DNA of 62,647 nt, filler included, from an uncultured bacterium (lineage in GTDB: Bacteria > AUK180): assembly GCA_937863565.1 (NCBI GenBank). It is 6 parts of 6 records of this genome, joined end to end, with 100 filler letters (N's around TTAATTAATTAA, not from the genome) between each part and the next. Parts side by side here need not be neighbours in the genome. Positions count along the whole stretch, not along the records: positions 1 to 7,982 come from CALMGJ010000010.1; positions 8,083 to 31,898 come from CALMGJ010000014.1; 4 more parts are not named here. One strand, given 5' to 3'. The translations under genes were made by a program, and so were the position numbers. The notes under the pieces were generated by a model that searched no databases, was not told the DNA's origin, and saw nothing but the letters and a program-made list of their open reading frames with translations. Below, piece by piece: positions 1 to 8,083 of this stretch (position 1 is its first letter; the number at the start of each line of letters is the position of its first letter).

Positions 1-423
1 AATATCGCCATCGTCGAAGTGGATATGCTGACTTACCGTACTAAGGTGTTGAAGCTCATTTCAGCCGAGGAGTTCGGCAAGGTAGTGAACCCTCTTCTGG
101 CCGAAGGCCAGATACAGGGAGGCAATGCGCAGGGGATAGGGTGGTCTCTTTATGAGAACATGGTGGTCAAGAACGGGAAGATACTGACGGACGACTTTTC
201 CACATATCTCATCCCTTCTATTCTGGATATCGGTCAGATCGAACCCGTGATAGTCGAAGAACCGTACAAGGGAGGCCCTTGGGGAGCAAAGGGAATGGGC
301 GAGATGCCCCTTATGGGCATCGCCCCGAGCATAGGTAATGCAATATACGATGCTACAGGCACAAGGCTTAAGAAAGTGCCGTTCACTCCGGAGGATATCT
401 GCAATGGACATAAAAGTAAATAA
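1..423 (+). CDS. Xanthine dehydrogenase/aldehyde oxidoreductase family molybdopterin-binding subunit, C-terminal fragment
   Basis: NPLLAEGQIQGG..QGIG and GPWGAKGMGE motifs (catalytic Glu), followed by NAIYDATG. The frame is open from the window start. Confidence 0.9.
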   Translation, partial: NIAIVEVDMLTYRTKVLKLISAEEFGKVVNPLLAEGQIQGGNAQGIGWSLYENMVVKNGKILTDDFSTYLIPSILDIGQIEPVIVEEPYKGGPWGAKGMGEMPLMGIAPSIGNAIYDATGTRLKKVPFTPEDICNGHKSK

Positions 424-718
424 GGAACTTCTTCAGAAGATAATGAACCTTTCCAAACTCGAAGTGAGCCCGGCAGAGTGCTCTTCCTTCCTCGAGGATT
501 TCAGGAACATACTCCTCGAAATGGAGAAGATCAATAATATTTCCGGAGGCATGTCGTCAGCTTTCACTGTGTATCAGCAGGTCTCCAATCAATACGCAAC
601 TTCAAAAAAACTCGATTATTCGGCAGAGGACATACTCGGAATGTTCCCTCTCTCCGATTCCGGCGTTCCGATGACGCCTCCCATTCTGGAGGGGAGCGAT
701 GAAAAAGCTGACGATTGA
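404..718 (+). CDS. gatC: Asp/Glu-tRNA amidotransferase subunit C (divergent)
   Basis: ATG at 404 after GGAGGA, about 104 aa, directly upstream of gatA. IMNLSKLE resembles the GatC helix, and the protein ends in a PPIL tail. Confidence 0.75.
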   Translation: MDIKVNKELLQKIMNLSKLEVSPAECSSFLEDFRNILLEMEKINNISGGMSSAFTVYQQVSNQYATSKKLDYSAEDILGMFPLSDSGVPMTPPILEGSDEKADD

Positions 719-2081
719 TTCCTTCAGGGGAAAGAGCGTCGATGAAATAAAAAAGACGATAAAGAAGAATATAAGCGCGGCCGACCCGAAGATCAACGCA
801 TATCTTGAGGCGTTCGATATCGATAAATTCGAACAGGGAAAAGGCCTTCTTGCCAATATCCCCTTTGCCGTGAAGGACAACATACTTATTAAAGGGATGA
901 TTTCGAGCTGCGCTTCAAGGATGCTTGCGGATTACAAAGCTCCGTACAGCGCTTTTGTTATCGAGAAACTCCTGTCTGAAGGCGCAATGATAACCGGCAG
1001 AACGAATATGGATGAATTCGCAATGGGATCTTCGACCGAGAACTCGGCCTTCATGACCACAAAAAATCCTTTGAACGAAGAATACGTGCCCGGAGGCAGT
1101 TCCGGCGGCTCTGCCGCCGCCGTTGCTTCCGGTATGTGCGCATTCGCCCTCGGGTCAGATACGGGGGGCTCCGTCCGTCAGCCTGCCGCCTTCTGCGGAA
1201 TATACGGGTACAAACCCACGTACGGGGTCTTCTCGCGTCGCGGGCTGGTGGCATATTGTTCATCTTTCGATCAGATAGGCGTGCTTGCCAATTCCATAGA
1301 GGATATCGCCATGGTCTCCTCTGTCATGAACGACAAAGACCCCTACGACCTCACTTCATATCTGGACAGGGAACTCAAGGAACTTGGAAAGATCAAATAT
1401 ACGGATTCGGTGTTCAAAAGCGGGATCATCGGCGTAGTCAATACCTTTGAAGGCATACCCGTCAGTCCCGAAATAGAAGCATCCTATAAGAAACTCGTTG
1501 GCGAATTGAGAAAAATGAATCTCGAGGTTGTTAATATCTCCCCACCTTTTCTCGAATATGCCATACCGCTTTATTATGTGCTTTCGGCAGCCGAGGCAGC
1601 ATCGAATCTTGCCCGCTTTGACGGGGTTAAATATGCTTTCAACAAAAGATCTGCTTCCTATCAGAAACTTTTAATGAAAACGCGGGGCGAAGGGTTCGGT
1701 CGTGAAGTGAAAAGAAGGATCATGCTGGGCACTTTCGTAACTTCGTCCGGTTATAAGGACGAATTTTATAAGAAGGCGAACCGCCTGAGAACGAATATGA
1801 AAAAAAGTTACGATGCCCTGTTCAGCAATATAGACTACATGCTTCTTCCCACCACGCCCACACCTCCTTTTAAACTCGGCGAAAAGATAGACGATCCCGT
1901 GGCGATGTATTACAGCGATGCATTCACCACTTTCGCGAACATCATCGGGATTCCCGCTCTCAGCATTCCGTATGATACCGATCCGAAAGGCCTTCCCATA
2001 GGGATGCAAGTGCTGAGCAATGTAAAAAGGGATGTGGACCTTCTCACTTTCTGCGCGAATCTGGTGAGGAAATTAAAATGA
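699..2081 (+). CDS. gatA: Asp/Glu-tRNA amidotransferase subunit A
   Basis: Amidase signature: VKDNI, NMDEFAMGSS, PGGSSGGSAAAV, GSDTGGSVRQPA; also SNLARFDG. Confidence 0.97.
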   Translation: MKKLTIDSFRGKSVDEIKKTIKKNISAADPKINAYLEAFDIDKFEQGKGLLANIPFAVKDNILIKGMISSCASRMLADYKAPYSAFVIEKLLSEGAMITGRTNMDEFAMGSSTENSAFMTTKNPLNEEYVPGGSSGGSAAAVASGMCAFALGSDTGGSVRQPAAFCGIYGYKPTYGVFSRRGLVAYCSSFDQIGVLANSIEDIAMVSSVMNDKDPYDLTSYLDRELKELGKIKYTDSVFKSGIIGVVNTFEGIPVSPEIEASYKKLVGELRKMNLEVVNISPPFLEYAIPLYYVLSAAEAASNLARFDGVKYAFNKRSASYQKLLMKTRGEGFGREVKRRIMLGTFVTSSGYKDEFYKKANRLRTNMKKSYDALFSNIDYMLLPTTPTPPFKLGEKIDDPVAMYYSDAFTTFANIIGIPALSIPYDTDPKGLPIGMQVLSNVKRDVDLLTFCANLVRKLK

Positions 2082-3532
2082 GCAAGGAACTCTTTCCCGT
2101 CATCGGCCTTGAAGTGCATCTGCAGTTAAAAACGGAAAAAAAGATGTTCTGCAACTGCAAGAACTCCTTCGAGAACAAACCTAATATCAATATCTGCCCG
2201 GTCTGCACAGGTCAGCCCGGTGCGATGCCTCTCATGAACCGGCAGGCGCTGCGGTTCGCAGGAGAGATGGCGAATGCCCTGAATTGCAAGATCAATATGT
2301 TCATGCGATTCGACAGAAAGAATTATTTCTATCCCGATTGCCCGAAGAACTATCAGATAACCCAGCATGATTTTCCCCTGGGCTATGACGGAGAATTTTT
2401 CTTTTTCTCGGAAAAGCGGCAATACAGGATAAAGATACAAAGAGTCCAGATGGAAGAAGATTCAGCCAAGCTCAACCATATAGGTGACGATCTAAGCGCG
2501 GGCAGTTTCATCGATTACAACAGGAGCGGAGTGCCTCTTCTAGAGATAGTGACGGGTCCCGATTTTGAGGACGCCGAGGCCGCCTGTGCATATCTGGAAT
2601 TTCTGAAAAGGACGGCGAAATACCTCGAGATTTCTGATTGCAGCATGGAGAAAGGGTCGCTGAGGGTCGATACGAACATTTCTTTAACTGGGCAGAAGGG
2701 ATCTCTTCCGGGATATAAAGTGGAGATCAAGAACCTAAATTCCTTCATCGCCGTAAAGAACGCGATAGAATACGAAATGGAGCGTCAGAGGGGGATCATC
2801 AACTCGGGCAATAGCAGCAGCCTTTGCGATGAAACACGCCTGTGGGATGCGGCGAATAAAAAAACTCTCGGAATGAGGAAAAAAGAAACGGAGAGCGATT
2901 ACAGGTATTTTCCCGAGCCGGACATACCTCCTCTCTTCATCCAGGATAAGAACATCTCCGAACTGAAGGAGAGCACTAAACTCACTCCGTTCTTCGCCAT
3001 GAACCAGCTCATCAATACATTTAAAATAGAGATCGGCGACGCCTATGTCATTACCGCTGAGAAACAATTCTACGAGTTCTTTACCGAAACTTCGAAATAC
3101 ACTTCCCAGTATAAAAAGATAGTGAACTGGCTCACCGGTGATGTATTGTTCAATCTGAGGAAAAAAGGCATTGACCTGTCCGGGAGCAAGCTGACCCCGA
3201 AAGAACTCGGAGGGATCATAGAGAGAATAGAGTCCGGCGCGCTTACGGGCAAGATCGTGAAGGAACTGATGCCTGAGCTCATCGAGGGTGCTTCCGTCGA
3301 TAAACTCGTTGAGAAGAAGGGCATAAAGCCGATCTCGTCCGGCGGAGAACTCGACAGCCTTATCCGCGGGATCTTAAAGAAGCATCCCGAAGAAGTGAAG
3401 GCGTACAGGAACGGGAAGACGGGTCTGATCGGATTTTTCATGGGAGAAGTGATGAAAGGCACCAAAGGTCAGGCGGAGCCCCGCCGCGCCAAGGAGGCTC
3501 TTTTGAAAATATTGGAGAATAAGGAGGAATGA
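2078..3532 (+). CDS. gatB: Asp/Glu-tRNA amidotransferase subunit B
   Basis: IGLEVHLQL, FDRKNYFYPD, DYNRSGVPLLEIVT, EIKNLNS, DYRYFPEPD, and a C-terminal Yqey-like domain. Confidence 0.97.
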   Translation: MSKELFPVIGLEVHLQLKTEKKMFCNCKNSFENKPNINICPVCTGQPGAMPLMNRQALRFAGEMANALNCKINMFMRFDRKNYFYPDCPKNYQITQHDFPLGYDGEFFFFSEKRQYRIKIQRVQMEEDSAKLNHIGDDLSAGSFIDYNRSGVPLLEIVTGPDFEDAEAACAYLEFLKRTAKYLEISDCSMEKGSLRVDTNISLTGQKGSLPGYKVEIKNLNSFIAVKNAIEYEMERQRGIINSGNSSSLCDETRLWDAANKKTLGMRKKETESDYRYFPEPDIPPLFIQDKNISELKESTKLTPFFAMNQLINTFKIEIGDAYVITAEKQFYEFFTETSKYTSQYKKIVNWLTGDVLFNLRKKGIDLSGSKLTPKELGGIIERIESGALTGKIVKELMPELIEGASVDKLVEKKGIKPISSGGELDSLIRGILKKHPEEVKAYRNGKTGLIGFFMGEVMKGTKGQAEPRRAKEALLKILENKEE

Positions 3533-3762
3533 ATATGGATTGGAAAAAACTGGAGGACATACTGAATGTGCTGAGGAAATCCCGCAAGGAACTATGGAAC
3601 CTGAATTACGAGGAACTGGATGATCTTCTCAGGGACGCCAAAGATTATCTGGACGCTCTTGAGATACTCTCCACGAAGCTCGAACTCGGTATCGATAAAC
3701 TTGAAGAATTAATGATGGATTTCGAGGACGACTGGGAAGAAGCCGGCGAAGAGGAAGAATGA
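3529..3762 (+). CDS. Small acidic helical hypothetical protein
   Basis: 4-nt overlap with gatB, AAGGAGG SD, amphipathic Leu/Glu pattern and acidic tail. Confidence 0.7.
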   Translation: MNMDWKKLEDILNVLRKSRKELWNLNYEELDDLLRDAKDYLDALEILSTKLELGIDKLEELMMDFEDDWEEAGEEEE

Positions 3763-3766
3763 CCGG

Positions 3767-4015
3767 ATGAAAAAGAAGAACGGCGGCGTAAACCGCGATA
3801 TGGATGGGCACGGTTCGGAGAAAGCGTTGAAGTGCCCGCGCTGCGGACTTCCGATGGAGCTGGTGAAAAGCCATATTCCAAGAGAAGATATGCATTTCAA
3901 TCATCATATGGAGGCTTGCAGCGAATGGGTGTGTCACTGCGGATTCGCCGGCTTTCTCGGTGCCGTTTCAGGCAGGATCTATCCTTACAAACGCGTCATC
4001 ATTGAAAAAGGATAG
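3767..4015 (+). CDS. Small putative zinc-ribbon protein
   Basis: CPRCG...CSEWVCHCGF; tightly packed in the operon. Confidence 0.6.
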   Translation: MKKKNGGVNRDMDGHGSEKALKCPRCGLPMELVKSHIPREDMHFNHHMEACSEWVCHCGFAGFLGAVSGRIYPYKRVIIEKG

Positions 4016-5183
4016 AACGGGTTTCTTTCTTTTTGTTTTCCTGTTCGGTCTGTTCGATACTCTGCGGGGAGTGCTGCTTCCCGAGCTCAGGGCTTTTTAC
4101 GGAATAAATTATAAGCTCGCCTCGCTCATATATTCAGCGACGGGGTTCGGATATCTCCTCGGAAATCTTTTCTCCGGGTATTTTTATAAAAAATTCCGTT
4201 TCGATGAACTTGTCAAGCTGCTTTTCATACCTCTCATCCTTAGTCTGACCGTTTCTTTCATAATACGCAATTACTTTATTTTCCTTGCCTGCATGGCTTT
4301 ATACGGATTTTTCGTTTCGGCGATTTTCACTGTCACAACGATGATCGTCTGCGATCTCGCCTCTGATGAAGAAAAAGCTTCTCATGTTAATCTGCTGCAC
4401 TTCTTCTATGCGTTCGGAGCGTTCTTTGCTCCGCTCTACGCTCATGCGGTGACCGCTATTATTCCCTCTTACCGGTATGTATTCCTCTTTCCCGCCCTGA
4501 TAGCGTTCAATCTGATCCTCTATTTCAAATACCTTGGAATAGGTGATGTGCCGCATCGGGAATCCCCCCTTCAGGATGGAGTAAAAGGGATCGGCACCCT
4601 TGCTGTCGTACTTTTTTTCGCCGTTACCGTCTTCTATATAGGCACCGAGATCGGCATCTCCGGTTGGATGAAGAACTATGTTCTCGAGAAAGCCCAGTTG
4701 GGAGAATGGACATCGAATATATTTCTTACTGTCTTCTTCGTCAGTCTTATGCTGGGACGCCTTATAACGAGCTTCATCGTAAAACATATCCGGGCAAAAC
4801 TTTCCTATGTGCTCGCACTTACTATCTCCGGCCTTGCTGTGTTCAGTGCCGGGCTGTATCTCGATATATATATATTGATGCCCGTTTCCGCCCTTTTTTA
4901 CGGCGGAGTACTCCCGACGATAGTGGGAGAATTCAAAAGATCGACACCGGGAAGGGACGAACTTCTCGGGATACTTATGGCATCGGGCAGTTTCGGATCG
5001 ATGCTCTTCATTTTCCTTATCGGAGCGGTTAATGACGGTTCCGGGTTAAAAAGCGGCATGTCGGTCAATATCCTTATCGGAGCAATAACTGCTCTGATTG
5101 CCGCCTCCCTTGTAATAATAGCGGGGAAAAACGGGCGGAGAATGCCTGAGCCCGGCGCCCCCAAGAGACCTCACATCCAATAA
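4002..5183 (+). CDS. MFS transporter (FucP/TsgA-like)
   Basis: About 12 hydrophobic segments, LLHFFYAFGAFFAP, YIGTEIGISGW. TTG at 4002 is preferred over GTG at 3960 because it gives a smaller overlap. Confidence 0.85.
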   Translation: MKKDRTGFFLFVFLFGLFDTLRGVLLPELRAFYGINYKLASLIYSATGFGYLLGNLFSGYFYKKFRFDELVKLLFIPLILSLTVSFIIRNYFIFLACMALYGFFVSAIFTVTTMIVCDLASDEEKASHVNLLHFFYAFGAFFAPLYAHAVTAIIPSYRYVFLFPALIAFNLILYFKYLGIGDVPHRESPLQDGVKGIGTLAVVLFFAVTVFYIGTEIGISGWMKNYVLEKAQLGEWTSNIFLTVFFVSLMLGRLITSFIVKHIRAKLSYVLALTISGLAVFSAGLYLDIYILMPVSALFYGGVLPTIVGEFKRSTPGRDELLGILMASGSFGSMLFIFLIGAVNDGSGLKSGMSVNILIGAITALIAASLVIIAGKNGRRMPEPGAPKRPHIQ

Positions 5184-5247
5184 TAAAATAAATAAGCGGA
5201 TTTTCATGCCGCCGGAACGGCATTTCAAGAACCGTCCGAAAAAAATC

Positions 5248-5275
5248 TTGACTTAAAAGTTTAAAATGATATGAT
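5248..5275 (+). promoter_or_regulatory. Putative sigma70 promoter
   Basis: TTGACT-N16-TATGAT with a TG extension; GGAGG SD before ATG 5305. Confidence 0.55.
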
Positions 5276-5304
5276 ATTGAAATTTTTAATACGGAGGTAT
5301 TTGT

Positions 5305-6621
5305 ATGGCCAAAGTAAGAGTCGCGATACTCGGCGCAGCCGGAAGAGATTTCCATAATTTCAACACCTTCTTTAGGAACAATCCTAATTACGAGGTCGTA
5401 TGTTTTACAGCAGCCCAAATACCTGATATAGCGGGAAGGAAATATCCGCCCGTGCTTTCAGGAAAATTGTACCCGAAGGGTATTTCCATCTTTGACGAAA
5501 AAGACCTTCCCGCGATCATCAAGAAGTATAAGATCCAGGAAGCTTTCTTCTCCTATTCTGATGTCAGCCATGAAACGGTCATGCATATGGCATCGCTTGT
5601 TCAGGCCAGCGGAGCTTCATTTTCGCTTCTCGGCCCTGCCGCCACGGAGATAAAGTCCAAAAAGCCCGTGATATCAATTGTGGCAGTAAGGACAGGCTGC
5701 GGTAAATCCCAGACCACAAGAAGAGTGGTGGAGATCCTGAGGAAGAACAAAAAGAAAGTGGTCGTCATCAGGCATCCGATGCCTTACGGTGATCTTTCAA
5801 AACAGGTCGTTCAACGATTTGCCACGTTTAAGGACCTTGACAAACATAATTGTACGATAGAAGAAAGAGAAGAATACGAACCTCATATCGAAAAGGGAGC
5901 GATCGTATATGCCGGCGTCGACTACGAGAAGATACTCCGCAAAGCGGAGAAAGAGGCGGATTTCATACTCTGGGACGGCGGCAACAATGATTTCTCGTTC
6001 TACAAAGCCGACCTTACATTCGTGGTTGTGGACCCGCACAGGGCCGGGCATGAGATGAGCTATTATCCGGGCGAAACTAATTTCCGCAAGGCCGATTATA
6101 TAGTGATGAACAAAGAGGATTCGGCGAAAAAAGCAGATATCGAGAATATCATTCTCAATGCTAAAAAATACAATCCTTCGGCGGGGATAATCCATGCGGA
6201 TTCCCGCATTACCGTAGAAAAACCGTCGGCCATCAAAGGAAAAAAGGCGCTCGTAATAGAGGACGGCCCGACGCTCACGCACGGCGGCATGAAATTCGGC
6301 GCGGGATTTCTGGCGGCAAAGAATTTCGGTGCCAAATCTGTCGTCGACCCCAGAAAATACGCGGTGGATTCAATAAAATCAACATATGCCAAATATAATC
6401 ACCTTGATAAAATACTGCCGGCCATGGGTTATGGTTCGAAACAGATGAAAGATCTCGAAAGAACGATCGAGAAAGTGGAATGCGATGTTGTTCTGGGAGC
6501 CACTCCGATCAACCTTCTCAGGATAATCAAGATAAAGAAACCCTATGTCAGGGTCTTCTATGAACTAAAAGAGAAGGGAGTATCGATCGAGACTATTCTC
6601 AGGAAAAAATTTAAATTATAA
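5305..6621 (+). CDS. COG2403 P-loop protein (cyclic 2,3-diphosphoglycerate synthetase-like; possible arginine synthetase)
   Basis: GAAGRDFHNFN N-terminus, RTGCGKSQT P-loop, RHPMPYG, TIEEREEYE, WDGGNND, EDGPTLTHG, LPAMGY. Confidence 0.85.
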   Translation: MAKVRVAILGAAGRDFHNFNTFFRNNPNYEVVCFTAAQIPDIAGRKYPPVLSGKLYPKGISIFDEKDLPAIIKKYKIQEAFFSYSDVSHETVMHMASLVQASGASFSLLGPAATEIKSKKPVISIVAVRTGCGKSQTTRRVVEILRKNKKKVVVIRHPMPYGDLSKQVVQRFATFKDLDKHNCTIEEREEYEPHIEKGAIVYAGVDYEKILRKAEKEADFILWDGGNNDFSFYKADLTFVVVDPHRAGHEMSYYPGETNFRKADYIVMNKEDSAKKADIENIILNAKKYNPSAGIIHADSRITVEKPSAIKGKKALVIEDGPTLTHGGMKFGAGFLAAKNFGAKSVVDPRKYAVDSIKSTYAKYNHLDKILPAMGYGSKQMKDLERTIEKVECDVVLGATPINLLRIIKIKKPYVRVFYELKEKGVSIETILRKKFKL

Positions 6622-6636
6622 TTTAAGGAGGATACG

Positions 6637-6810
6637 ATGATCAGGATCGACGAGAATCTTTGTATCGGCTGCGGCGTTTGTACGAGCATATGTCCCGATG
6701 TCTTCGAGATGAAGGATGACGGAAAGGCACAGGTTATTTCTCAAGAGATGGCCGACTGTGTCAATGAATCCAAAGACAGCTGCCCGGTAAACGCAATCAT
6801 CATCGAGTAA
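6637..6810 (+). CDS. Monocluster [4Fe-4S] ferredoxin, 57 aa (not in ORF track)
   Basis: AAGGAGG SD. Translation MIRIDENLCIGCGVCTSICPDVFEMKDDGKAQVISQEMADCVNESKDSCPVNAIIIE has CxxCxxC plus a distal CP. Confidence 0.95.
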   Translation: MIRIDENLCIGCGVCTSICPDVFEMKDDGKAQVISQEMADCVNESKDSCPVNAIIIE

Positions 6811-6826
6811 AAAAATGCCGTAAATA

Positions 6827-6857
6827 CGGAAAGAGGAGCTCTTGCCTCCTCTTTCCG
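6827..6857 (+). terminator. Stem-loop after the ferredoxin (possible terminator)
   Basis: CGGAAAGAGGAG-7nt-CTCCTCTTTCCG, a perfect 12-bp stem; no clear U-tract on the + strand. Confidence 0.45.
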
Positions 6858-6973
6858 GACGGCTATCATGAGGCTGTCGGCCTCGAAAAATAACGATCCC
6901 CAAATACCCCCTATCTTAATTGAAGATCCCCCCGGAGAACAGCTCTTCCGCAAGGAGAATTTTTAAAATATTA

Positions 6974-7001
6974 TTGAAAAAATCCTTGAAAAGGGTATAA
7001 T
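6974..7001 (+). promoter_or_regulatory. Putative sigma70 promoter
   Basis: TTGAAA-N16-TATAAT, then GGAGG SD and ATG 7022. Confidence 0.6.
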
Positions 7002-7021
7002 AAAAATCGGAGGTTAAAATA

Positions 7022-7402
7022 ATGAAAAGGATACTCGTTCTTTTTCTTGCCGCATTATTCTCAATCATAAATGCAGCAGAATATGATATCGATATCGTTT
7101 CCGGATCTTATACCGGGATAGTTTTCAACACATATTCATCGGAAGATATCATTTTCAACGTTTCAAGCGATACATCCTCCTATTCCCTCAAAATATCTCT
7201 CTTCAGCGTGAATGGAAAATATATGGTCAGCATTTTTGACGGTGAACGGCCTTCAAATTACAAGATAACCTGGGACGGGAAAGATTCGCTATCAAGCAGG
7301 CTTAAACCCGGAATGTATTTTGCGGTTTTCGAAAAAACCGGCCTTGACGGAGAAAAGAAGACCTTCATCTTCCCGCTGCTGGCCGCGGGTGATCTGAAGT
7401 AG
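7022..7402 (+). CDS. Secreted protein with FlgD-type Ig-like domain
   Basis: Signal peptide MKRILVLFLAALFS; ITWDGKD..LKPGMYF motif. Confidence 0.75.
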   Translation: MKRILVLFLAALFSIINAAEYDIDIVSGSYTGIVFNTYSSEDIIFNVSSDTSSYSLKISLFSVNGKYMVSIFDGERPSNYKITWDGKDSLSSRLKPGMYFAVFEKTGLDGEKKTFIFPLLAAGDLK

Positions 7403-7405
7403 TCA

Positions 7406-7982
7406 ATGTCGAAATTCATCGGCGAGATCCTCATTGAGGCCGGTATAATAACGAACGACTCGCTCAAAGTCGCGCTTGAACAGCAGAAGCAGGAAGATTC
7501 TTCGGGCAATCCGCACAGAAAGATCGGGGAGATACTGATCCAGAACAATCTGATAACGGAAGATAAACTATACCAGTTCCTGGCCTTTAAATTCAATCTT
7601 GAGCTTGTCGATCTCTCCCTGTACGAGGATATTCCCAGAAACGTTCTGGAGAGCATACCGCAGAGCATTGCTATTCAGTTCAAAGTGATCCCGATCGATA
7701 TGCTGGGAAAGACGCTTTCCATAGTTATCGCCGATCCGAACGAAAAGAACAAGATCGTTTCAGACCTTCAGTTCAGGACCGGCCTCGAGATCGAAGTGAT
7801 GCTTTCTACAAAGACTCAGATCGACGAAGCGCTTAAAAAATTCTACCAGGATTCCTCGCGCGTGACGGAGGAGATCGCCAATCTGGAAACGACGCTTCTT
7901 GAAGGCGCCACGTTCATAGAGGAGACCCAGGAGGAGAAGACCGAGGATGCCGTGCAGGCGGACGTGGAAAGTTCTCCCATGG
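7406..7982 (+). CDS. pilB: Type IV pilus/T2SS assembly ATPase (PilB/GspE), N-terminal part truncated by the gap
   Basis: Two MshEN-like motifs (IGEILIEAGII...ALEQQ and RKIGEILIQ) and a T2SSE_N pattern (AIQFKVIPI...ADP). Confidence 0.8.
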
Positions 7983-8082
7983 NNNNNNNNNNNNNNNNNN
8001 NNNNNNNNNNNNNNNNNNNNNNNNNNTTAATTAATTAANNNNNNNNNNNNNNNNNNNNNNNNNNNNNNNNNNNNNNNNNNNN
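7983..8082. other. Artificial contig linker
   Basis: N44-TTAATTAATTAA-N44, which gives stops in all six frames. Confidence 0.99.
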
Positions 8083-8083
8083 G

